From: a virus
Strand: one strand, 5' to 3'
DNA length: 64,000 nucleotides
Virus record (IMG/VR): IMGVR_UViG_3300039425_000002
This document shows, piece by piece, positions 39,919 through 48,274 of the stretch. Numbering within the stretch: the stretch's first letter is position 1; every line of letters starts with the position of its first letter. The position numbers and the translations under genes were made by a program. The notes below the pieces were generated by a model, which had not been told where the DNA came from, did no database searches, and was given only the letters and a program-made list of their open reading frames with translations.

Positions 39919-40569
39919 ATGGAAGCCGAAATCATTAAACTTGAAAACAAAATAGAGCCAATTACTGCTACTGCTGACCACTACCAATTGATGATCGATT
40001 TCGTCAAGCAATCAATGCGGCTGGGGCAGGATTACGGAATTATTCCTGGCACCAACAACAAGCCAACACTACTGAAACCAGGAGCGGAAAAGCTGTGTCG
40101 CTTATTCAACCTGTACCCGCAATTTGAACTAGTTCATTCAATAGTGGAGTTTGAAAAACCTCTGTTTCACTACCACTACAGATGTACCGTGTATCGACAC
40201 GGAGAACCAATTGGGCAAGGGGATGGTTGCTGTAATAGCAAGGAGAAGAAGTACGAGAAGCAGCAGTTTAAGGTTTACGATTTAGTTAATACAATTACTA
40301 AAATTGCCCAAAAAAGAGCGATGGTTTCAGCTGTTCTGGTGGCAGTAGGAGCAAGCGAGTTTTTTACTCAGGATTTAGAAGATACGGAAGAGGAACAAAA
40401 ATTTGAGAAGGCTTCTTTAATTGACCAGACTACCGCTGAACTGAAACGCCTAGGCTGGAGCAACGAACAAGGCAAAGCCTACCTCCAGCAACACTTCGGT
40501 AAATCAACTCGCGCTAGCTTAAGTGAAACTCAATTGCGACAGTTTTTACAGGAGCTGCGATCGCTCTAG
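39919..40569 (+). CDS. Putative phage single-strand annealing / recombination protein
   Basis: DYGIIPG..KPTLLKPGAEKL...AQKRA...FFTQDLED. Confidence 0.55.
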   Translation: MEAEIIKLENKIEPITATADHYQLMIDFVKQSMRLGQDYGIIPGTNNKPTLLKPGAEKLCRLFNLYPQFELVHSIVEFEKPLFHYHYRCTVYRHGEPIGQGDGCCNSKEKKYEKQQFKVYDLVNTITKIAQKRAMVSAVLVAVGASEFFTQDLEDTEEEQKFEKASLIDQTTAELKRLGWSNEQGKAYLQQHFGKSTRASLSETQLRQFLQELRSL

Positions 40570-40574
40570 TTGAA

Positions 40575-40755
40575 GAGGACGCGGGGACGCGGGGGAAGAG
40601 GACGCGGGGACGCGGTGACGCGGGGACGCGGGGAGTGAGTGAGGCGCAATGCGCCTCAAAGGACAAAGCTTCTATTGAGCAATCTTTATCTGCAATGTCA
40701 CCGCGTCCCCGCGTCTCCCTGTCCCCGCGTCCTCTTCCCCCGCGTCCCCGCGTCA
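40575..40755. repeat. Small repeat element with inverted GACGCGGG 8-mer flanks (copy 1)
   Basis: Core of about 90 bp near-identical to 46545-46635. Confidence 0.85.
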
Positions 40756-40763
40756 TTTCTTGT

Positions 40764-41183
40764 TCAAAGTCTTTCTACTAAGCTTGCCGCAACTTCTTTT
40801 ATTAATTCAGCCCTTTGCTTCAAGGATAGCCGAGGGTGCTTAAGAAGAAATTCAGCTAATTGAATAACTTCTTCAGATGGAAGCGTAGCAATTGTTGAAT
40901 ACAAATCAGCGGCAACAACTGGGGTAGGAATACTATCAGAAACTCCACTCATGCAAATTTTTCTCAATTGCTCGAAAGAGTAAGGGACTTGGGGCAGCTG
41001 TGCTATTTTTTTTAGCGTTCCTGCCTCTACTCCTTGTGGTTTTCCTTTCTCCAATTTCATCAAGGTGGTATGAGATAATCCTACTTCATCTCTCAAAGTT
41101 CGGTAGCTTACAGTCTTTCTTGCCGCCCTGACAATCTCAGCTAGCCTAATTGCACCCTCCTCAGATAAATAGACAATGCTCAT
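40764..41183 (-). CDS. XRE HTH regulator
   Basis: SYRTLRDEVGLSHTTLMKLEKG. Confidence 0.75.
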   Translation of the reverse strand: MSIVYLSEEGAIRLAEIVRAARKTVSYRTLRDEVGLSHTTLMKLEKGKPQGVEAGTLKKIAQLPQVPYSFEQLRKICMSGVSDSIPTPVVAADLYSTIATLPSEEVIQLAEFLLKHPRLSLKQRAELIKEVAASLVERL

Positions 41184-41450
41184 TAGGCCTCTCGCTTACT
41201 GATTTTCGTCGTACAAATTAATCTGCCTCTCAAGAAGAATCGATATGCTTTTAGTCAGTTTGTGCCATCTGCCCATTTCTTGTGAGTCATATAATTCTTC
41301 TTTAACTTGATTGATTAAACGCAAAGATTCTTCAATGTCATCGATCGTTTTCTGGTCTCTGTCACTACTGTGGAAGTTTTGGGGAAGCTGAGTCACGATC
41401 AAGTCCAGGCTTTTAATAGACAACAGAATCAAAGGAGCAAAGTCTCATGT

Positions 41451-41738
41451 TCAAGAAACCTCTGCTCTAAGCACTGCTCTAAGCTCGGCATCAAAGTCGA
41501 ATTCCAACGCTTGAGACAATTTTTTCAGCGTGGTTCGCGGCAAACTTTTAACTTCCTCGTTTTCAATTCGGTACCAATTAGCCGTACTCATGTTGGCAAG
41601 CGCTCCTGCTTCCGTCGCCGTCAACCCCTTTGCCAACCGTACCCGCCTAATTCGATCGCCTAATCCTGGAATATCAACTGAAAGTGATACTTGCACTCTG
41701 AGCCAACCAAACATAACTTCCTCCATCACTTTAATCAT
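41451..41738 (-). CDS. XRE HTH regulator
   Basis: LGDRIRRVRLAKGLTATEAGALANMSTANWYRIEN. Confidence 0.85.
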   Translation of the reverse strand: MIKVMEEVMFGWLRVQVSLSVDIPGLGDRIRRVRLAKGLTATEAGALANMSTANWYRIENEEVKSLPRTTLKKLSQALEFDFDAELRAVLRAEVS

Positions 41739-41922
41739 GTGTCGCTTTTAAGTCGCCACTTGAAACGTGACACATGATACTAGAAAAATATGTATATACT
41801 GTAACAACTGTGAAAATACTGATATTTTCACTCACCTACTATAAGCCGAAATAGATATTTACGTATTTTCCACAGTGAAATAAATTAAAAGACAGTTGTA
41901 AATTCTAAAACACCACCTGGAA

Positions 41923-42102
41923 ATGGATAACTGCCACAATATGCAGGGAGTCACCAGCAAGATTGAAGTAAGCAGCAAGATTGAGCGAGAAATCAACGAG
42001 AGGTTGAAAGCTCATGCTGCATTACGAGGAATACCACTAGGACGGCTAACAAATCAGATTTTGCGAAAGTGGTTGGACGATCATCCAATCACTATTTGCT
42101 AG
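41923..42102 (+). CDS. RHH/Arc-like regulator (59 aa, not in ORF track)
   Basis: SSKIEREINERLKAHAALRGIPLGRLTNQILRKWL; divergent from the XRE genes. Confidence 0.6.
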   Translation: MDNCHNMQGVTSKIEVSSKIEREINERLKAHAALRGIPLGRLTNQILRKWLDDHPITIC

Positions 42103-42549
42103 AAGCGGCAAGGAATTCCCCAAGTCGCTTTTTGTTTTTTAATTTTATGTCGCGCCACCCCAGCCTGCCAAGCGATGGTAGCGCGCACTCCCAATTAGGA
42201 GACATCTTCATGTTACCCCGAAACCATACTGAAGCGCAGGTGCCAGAAATAACATCCCTGCGTTACAAAATTACGCAATTAAATCAGCAAATCGAAGTAT
42301 TGCAAAACTGCTTGGACAGTGCAACAAGAAAGCTGGCTGCCAAGCAGGCGGAGATAGAGGAGCTGCGATCGCACCTTTATCCGAGATCTGGGGACGCGGC
42401 ATAGTGGGTAGGAGAGCGGATTTCGATACCAAGTACTACCGCGATCGCACCCGCGAACTTTATCAGCAGCGCCTTTCCCAATCAAAAATTGCTGCTCGAC
42501 TTGGGATTAGCAAGACAGCTGTATACCAATATCTTCAAGGGATTAAAAG

Positions 42550-42915
42550 ATGCGATTGTTTGAGTCGAAAGCCATAAATCATCATTGTGGCCTCTGTCCA
42601 AAACGCTTTTACGCTCCGGCTGGATTGTTTTCCGAATCAGACTTGCGATCGCTGGATGCTAAGTGTCTCGGCGAGTGGATTATCTCCCCCGACGGTTCTT
42701 TCGCCTATCGCGTGGTGTCAGGTCCACTGTGCCGGTTGCACTGGGAGGAAGGGAAGGCAACGCCCAGTTGCTTTGAGTCCGGCTGGATTCAAGACGAGCA
42801 AGGGAGGTGGCGCAAACGGTCTAGTAACTATTTAAGTTATGCCATTGCGGGAGGTGGTTTTTTGACTGTGCGTTGGGAGCCGGTTGGAACAGAAGTTTTA
42901 GTTCAAGCTGCTTGA
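42550..42915 (+). CDS. Hypothetical protein
   Basis: ORF in the early operon. Confidence 0.5.
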   Translation: MRLFESKAINHHCGLCPKRFYAPAGLFSESDLRSLDAKCLGEWIISPDGSFAYRVVSGPLCRLHWEEGKATPSCFESGWIQDEQGRWRKRSSNYLSYAIAGGGFLTVRWEPVGTEVLVQAA

Positions 42916-43447
42916 GGAAGATTTGTTGTGGAAGATTTGGTTTTGGTTTTAGGTTCTGTTTTCGCCTCGATTATTGCTTGCCAAATTTTGTACTTGGCAT
43001 TAGCCCTTACCAGGAAAAAACTGTGGTAGCCACCAAACCGTTTTTAGCTTTTTTCTGCGAGGAAGTACAAAGAGCTTACCTCCGACACTCACCCGGACTA
43101 GTACGCAGTACCTCAGCTCATTTAGATCAAAGTGAGCATTCCTTAATATTTCATTTTGAAATCGCCCATCCCAGAGACGTGGACCAGATTGATATTCGAT
43201 TCATTGGTCGTGACGTGACTATTGATTATCTCCCCGGCACTTCCTGTATTCCTTTCTGCTTGAAAGATAGCCACAGCTTAAGGTGGATCGCTCTAGATTT
43301 TTCCACCGCTTGCAACAAGCTGAGTGACTGGGATAAGCAGCAGGTAGTAAAGGCAACGACCGCGATCTACGAGTTAGCGCAGCAGTATCGAGAGGAATTG
43401 CGGTCGTTGCTGCTGGGCAAGAAGGCTTTAGCCAAGGAGGTGCGATC

Positions 43448-44044
43448 TTGAATTCGCCCAACTGGTCCGTTGACAAAGCACTTTCGCTGCCTCAGCGGCA
43501 AAGATCTAGACCCTTGACGCACAACGGTAAAACTCAAAATCTGAAAGCCTGGGCGCGGGAAATTGGTATCAGCCACACTACCTTGAGAGATCGCATCAAT
43601 CGTTGGGGATTAGAAACGGCTTTATCTCTCCCAAAAGTTCAGCGAGTAGAGGATTCTGTTCTCGTACACTACAGACCGATCGCCTACAAAGGTAAAACGC
43701 AATCAATTTATGCTTGGACCAGAGAACTGGGCTTAGACTACGACATTGTGCGCTCTCGCCTCAGACATTGGTCACCCCAAAAAGTTTTCAACTCAATTTA
43801 TGCACCTCCGCTAGCCCAAACTTCTGTTATCCCCAATTCCTCATTACCAGCTGGGGTTAAACGAGGTTACTACGTCCGCGACGTAGGCGAAGAATTAGGA
43901 GAGGTCTACCAACTCCGCATAAATCGCTGGACCCATTCTGGTGCAATCAATTTATCTCATCTCCAATACTCGCGCACTTGGAGGACTCGACTACAAGCGA
44001 TCGCCGATTTAGCAAAAAGCACTTGTGTGGAGGTAGCAGCGTGA
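43448..44044 (+). CDS. DNA-binding protein with two HTH repeats of the type found with HNH endonucleases
   Basis: HNGKTQNLKAWAREIGI and YKGKTQSIYAWTRELGL. Confidence 0.65.
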   Translation: MNSPNWSVDKALSLPQRQRSRPLTHNGKTQNLKAWAREIGISHTTLRDRINRWGLETALSLPKVQRVEDSVLVHYRPIAYKGKTQSIYAWTRELGLDYDIVRSRLRHWSPQKVFNSIYAPPLAQTSVIPNSSLPAGVKRGYYVRDVGEELGEVYQLRINRWTHSGAINLSHLQYSRTWRTRLQAIADLAKSTCVEVAA

Positions 44045-44209
44045 ACGACAAATCCTTAAAACTCCTCATTTCTCTCGGTTCTTGGAGAATTTATTGGCAC
44101 AAATTAGAGCGACCGCGATTGTCTATTGCCCATAAATACTGGGGATATCGAGTTGGTTTAAAAAGTTTCATTAAGCAGCGATTCGGTTGAGGAAAACCCA
44201 AACAAGTTC

Positions 44210-44587
44210 ATGGCAAAAAATATGCTGAAAATTGAAGAAATTGCACAAGTAGCACACGAAACCAATCGAATTTACTGCCAAATTTTAGGCGACTACTCTC
44301 AACCACCTTGGGAAGAAGCCCCAGACTGGCAAAAGGAAAGCGCGATCGCAGGAATTCAGGCTTATAGAGATGACCCATCCATCACTCCTGAACAATCCCA
44401 CGAAAACTGGATGGCGTTGAAGCTTGAGGATGGCTGGGTTTACGGAGAAACAAAAAATCCAGACACGAAAGAACACCCCTGCATGGTGCCTTACTCGGAA
44501 CTACCACCTGAGCAGAAGATTAAAGATTTGTTGTTCTTGTCTGTAGTTAAAGCACTCTTGTTAGAAGAAAACGCCCCCACAGTTTGA
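44210..44587 (+). CDS. RyR-domain protein
   Basis: HENWM..KLEDGWVYGE.K....KEHPCMVPYSELPPEQKIKD. Confidence 0.85.
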   Translation: MAKNMLKIEEIAQVAHETNRIYCQILGDYSQPPWEEAPDWQKESAIAGIQAYRDDPSITPEQSHENWMALKLEDGWVYGETKNPDTKEHPCMVPYSELPPEQKIKDLLFLSVVKALLLEENAPTV

Positions 44588-44707
44588 CGACTGCTGGGGG
44601 CACAGTTCAAAAACCATCCAGATCATGCAACAAAACTTAGCTATTGGAAATAGTACAAGCGATCGCTCTAGCTTGATTACAAATTACTCTAGTACCCCAG
44701 GATATTC

Positions 44708-44926
44708 CTACGCCGATTTCTTGGACGCGATCGTGCGCGATCGACGTTCTTCAAATGCTTCTATTAGCTCAAAAAATGGCATCTTTAGGTCAGCGGCAAT
44801 CTTACGTAAAGTATCGAGAGTTGGAGACATCCCGCCATTGAACCACTTAGACCAAACAGAAGGGTCTATCTCGGTTTCACGACAAAGTTTTGAATACGAT
44901 AATTTCAAAAACTCGTCTTTTGACAT
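44708..44926 (-). CDS. Small XRE/Cro-like HTH protein
   Basis: SYSKLCRETEIDPSVWSKWFNGGMSPTLDTLRKIA. Confidence 0.65.
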   Translation of the reverse strand: MSKDEFLKLSYSKLCRETEIDPSVWSKWFNGGMSPTLDTLRKIAADLKMPFFELIEAFEERRSRTIASKKSA

Positions 44927-45220
44927 AGTTGACGAGATCGTACTGATACCCATATACTTTTCACATCTATTGATGTATAATTCAATAGTATATCTATCGA
45001 ATAAGTTTAGCAATACTTGGAGGGACTCGCAACCTTCTGCGTATAGCAATATTCGACTATTTGACAGTTCTTCCCAGCCTGCTCGCATCAGGCTAGGGAA
45101 CGGTTACGCTATCCATCTCAAACCAAAGCGCAACATTACTTATGAATATATCACGTCGGGGAAGCGATCGCTACCCCCTAGCAACTGCATTGTCCTGTTT
45201 AGACGAGGAGGTGCAGTGAA

Positions 45221-46825
45221 ATGACCGCAGTAGCCAAAGAACTACCTCAAGTAAAATTACCTGTCTTCTGCCACTCGGTCATCGATGACCTGCCAATGTC
45301 CTTGGAAGCATTTAGAGTGTACAGTCACTTAGCTCGTAAGTGGGGCAACGGAAAGACAGGGGCATTAGGGTCTTATGCAGACATGGCTGAACATTGCTTC
45401 CGTAGCTCGTACCCTAAAGCAACGAGAGCTACCCTCAGACGTAAAGCGATCGCAGCTGTAGCAGAACTAGAAGAACTGAATCTTCTACACAAAAAAACTC
45501 GTGAAGGTGAAGACAAAAGATGCCTTGCTAACGCCTACATTCTTCACGATATAAGCGTGGTAGTGTCAACGCACCAGGGGGAGTGTCAATACACTAGGGT
45601 AGTGTCAATACACCGGGGTAGTGCGATCGCACCCCAAGAAGATACTAATAACGAAGTTACTACTTCCGAAGATACTCTCCCCCTTAACCCCCTCACGGGG
45701 GAAGAGAGCGAGTGCGAAGAAAAACCAGAACTAGAAGAAACCGGAACGCACACCCAACCACCCGCTTCGTTGCCAGATAAAACCAAACCACTCGACCAAC
45801 GAACAGAAACGGTTGAGGACAAATCTTCCGCCGCCGCACCGAATATTACAGAAAACTCTAGTACCCCACCCCCAAGTGACCCATTTTTCAAGCGTCGCCG
45901 AAAACCTAACGAAAATTACCAGGGACCACCACCGCTGGAAAAGTGGGAGATAGTACCAGGTGAACCCTATCCTTACTTCTGGCAATGGCGAGCTAATCAA
46001 TACAAGCAAGAGGGTGGCAAGTGGGCAGCGAATGCCAAATCCAATGCTTATTCAGAGTTCTACAACAATCGCGATCGCGCCCGGGTGCTATGGCTGGAGT
46101 TTTTAGAGTATTACAACATCACTGTTGATAGCGCTTTAGCAATTCAGTCTGCTGGCATGACCCCAACTCTGCCCTCATGTTTTTCCAATGCAGAGGAGGT
46201 CACGGAAGAGAAGGTCGCCGCTAAGGTGCAAGCCCTTGGTAGTAACGTACTGGTTGCTTTACCGCAAGCTACAGCAACTCCCAGTTGTAACCAATCGACA
46301 GCTTGGCTACAGCCCGAAACCATGCAACCTGCTCGCCACCTCAATCCAGCGATCGCTCAGAACAAAGCGCCAGAGGGTGCGGAGGATTACGACGCTTACA
46401 CAGTGAAGGCGCAGGAACATATTGCGCTAGAGGCAGCAAATCAGAACTACGAACAGATATGCCGCATGGTTGGGGAAAAAATGTCGATGCGTTCATACGC
46501 TCGTCCTCCTCAGCTTGAACAAGAAATGACGCGGAGACGGGGAGACGCGGGGACGCGGGGAGTGAGTGAGGCGCAATGCGCCTCACAGGACAAAGCTTCT
46601 ATTGAGCAATCTTTATCTGCAATGTCTCCGCGTCACCACGTCACCGCGTCACCGCGTCCTCTTCAACAGCCAATTTCATCAATTGAAAGATATCGCGGCT
46701 GGTTGCAAAGTTCAGAACCAGCATTGGTCAAGGAAGCCCGTAAGTGGGCGCAAAAGAACGCTCTTAAGTTGGATATTGTCTACGACGAACAGGGAATAAT
46801 TATCGATTTTGAGGAAGGCTTCTGA
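45221..46825 (+). CDS. Putative replication initiator (N-terminal winged HTH)
   Basis: AFRVYSHL...AVAELEELNLL..NAY; directly upstream of the helicase. Confidence 0.6.
   Translation: MTAVAKELPQVKLPVFCHSVIDDLPMSLEAFRVYSHLARKWGNGKTGALGSYADMAEHCFRSSYPKATRATLRRKAIAAVAELEELNLLHKKTREGEDKRCLANAYILHDISVVVSTHQGECQYTRVVSIHRGSAIAPQEDTNNEVTTSEDTLPLNPLTGEESECEEKPELEETGTHTQPPASLPDKTKPLDQRTETVEDKSSAAAPNITENSSTPPPSDPFFKRRRKPNENYQGPPPLEKWEIVPGEPYPYFWQWRANQYKQEGGKWAANAKSNAYSEFYNNRDRARVLWLEFLEYYNITVDSALAIQSAGMTPTLPSCFSNAEEVTEEKVAAKVQALGSNVLVALPQATATPSCNQSTAWLQPETMQPARHLNPAIAQNKAPEGAEDYDAYTVKAQEHIALEAANQNYEQICRMVGEKMSMRSYARPPQLEQEMTRRRGDAGTRGVSEAQCASQDKASIEQSLSAMSPRHHVTASPRPLQQPISSIERYRGWLQSSEPALVKEARKWAQKNALKLDIVYDEQGIIIDFEEGF
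46528..46660. repeat. Small repeat element (copy 2), in frame within the initiator gene
   Basis: ggggagtgagtgaggcgcaatgcgcctca...tttatctgcaatgtc shared with the 40575-40755 copy. Confidence 0.85.
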
Positions 46826-47649
46826 TGAGCATCGACTTTGTTGAAACCGGATTACACGACTTGGATGTTGTTCTTGGTGGTTTAGAGCGAGGTCAATTGA
46901 CTGTCTTGGCAGGAAGACCCTCAATGGCGAAAAGTCAATTGGCGGTATTCATCGCCAATCAAGCAGCCGCAAACAATGGGGAGTCTGTAACTTTCTTCAC
47001 GCTTGAGTCAAGCAAGGAAAGGCTAACTCTTAAATTCTTAGCATTAAATAGCGGCATTGATTCCTCCCTGCTTTTGAGAAGAAAGATCGATCAATCTGAT
47101 TCAGAAAAACTTTCAAAGGCACGCAAGAAAATAAGTGCGGCTAACTTGTTTATTCAAGATGAACCACGCCTTACTCTCGATTTAATAGCATCCAACCTCA
47201 ACAATCTTCAGAAGGAACGTGGTGAGATTAGTCTGATTATATTGGACTATCTACAACTTCTAAATTTAACTCCACTCGATACATACAGACAAAACTTAGA
47301 GCGTTTTCTTGTTGAGTGTAAAGCTTTAGCTCGTCAATATAATGCAGCCTTTCTAGTCCTGGCTCAGGTAACTCGCGCTCCTCAAAGTAGGGTTAACAAA
47401 CGACCCTTGATTTCAGATATTCGCGAAAGTGGTGCAATTGAAGAAGTAGCCGATCAAGTTTGGATGCTCTACCGCGACCAATACTACTACCCTAATTCGC
47501 CCGATCACAACACCATTGAACTTATTGTCGGAAAAAACCGGATGGGGTTGGTAGGTACGTTCAAGTTTTTCTTTGACCCAACGACATCGAACTTTACCAA
47601 TCTCCCTAGATCATCATCTGACTCTGTGCAAACGCCAGATTCGCTCTAA
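46825..47649 (+). CDS. dnaB: DnaB-like helicase, C-terminal ATPase domain only
   Basis: ETGLHDLD, AGRPSMAKS, LDYLQL, RPLISDIRESGAIEEVAD, KNRMG. Confidence 0.85.
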   Translation: MSIDFVETGLHDLDVVLGGLERGQLTVLAGRPSMAKSQLAVFIANQAAANNGESVTFFTLESSKERLTLKFLALNSGIDSSLLLRRKIDQSDSEKLSKARKKISAANLFIQDEPRLTLDLIASNLNNLQKERGEISLIILDYLQLLNLTPLDTYRQNLERFLVECKALARQYNAAFLVLAQVTRAPQSRVNKRPLISDIRESGAIEEVADQVWMLYRDQYYYPNSPDHNTIELIVGKNRMGLVGTFKFFFDPTTSNFTNLPRSSSDSVQTPDSL

Positions 47650-47930
47650 TGCAGACATCACCACGTTCTCGTGAACCCCTAGATAAGTGGCAATTTTTAG
47701 CAGCGATCGCCAACTCCCCTCGCATTCAGAAAAGCTGGGAATACGAAGCGCGAGATATCAAAACCTACTATTCAGACCTTTATAGCTTAGGAAATTACGA
47801 CTACCTCTCCATCAACGCTTGCCGCGCCATCAGGTTTGCAATTACTTTCATGAACCATTTCGGCGCACTCTCCCACGAGCACCAAAAACAGATCTTGCAG
47901 ATTCTTAGAGATGTTGATCGGGACTTTTAG
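47649..47930 (+). CDS. Hypothetical protein
   Basis: Coupled ORF. Confidence 0.5.
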   Translation: MQTSPRSREPLDKWQFLAAIANSPRIQKSWEYEARDIKTYYSDLYSLGNYDYLSINACRAIRFAITFMNHFGALSHEHQKQILQILRDVDRDF

Positions 47931-47932
47931 CC

Positions 47933-48274
47933 ATGCTTAAATCCATTCCCTATTATTCTCCACCTCGACCAGGAGACATTGTACTAATCGCCGCCACTCC
48001 CTTTGTTGACTGGCTGCGAGAAATTGATTTCGCTAGGGACCCGGAATTTTTTAAGTTCTACCGCTACGACCTACTACCTGCCCGAAGCGATCACCTCGAC
48101 CGCTGGCTGTGGGCGAAAAGCAGAGTAGTCCAAATCGAGGGGTGCGTGGCACGACTGCGATCGCCAACCTTGGGAGAAGCCAACATCCCCATCCACTGCC
48201 TGAGAGTGCTAGAAAGTACTGCCCTCGCTACATCGGAAGGAAAAAAACATGCCAAAACGCAAACGAACAGATAG
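47933..48274 (+). CDS. Hypothetical protein
   Basis: Coupled ORF. Confidence 0.5.
   Translation: MLKSIPYYSPPRPGDIVLIAATPFVDWLREIDFARDPEFFKFYRYDLLPARSDHLDRWLWAKSRVVQIEGCVARLRSPTLGEANIPIHCLRVLESTALATSEGKKHAKTQTNR

Noticed and set aside
44625..45224. 199-aa plus-strand ORF overlapping an antisense HTH gene
   Set aside because: Ser-rich with no motifs; the minus-strand HTH is more convincing, though real overlap cannot be excluded
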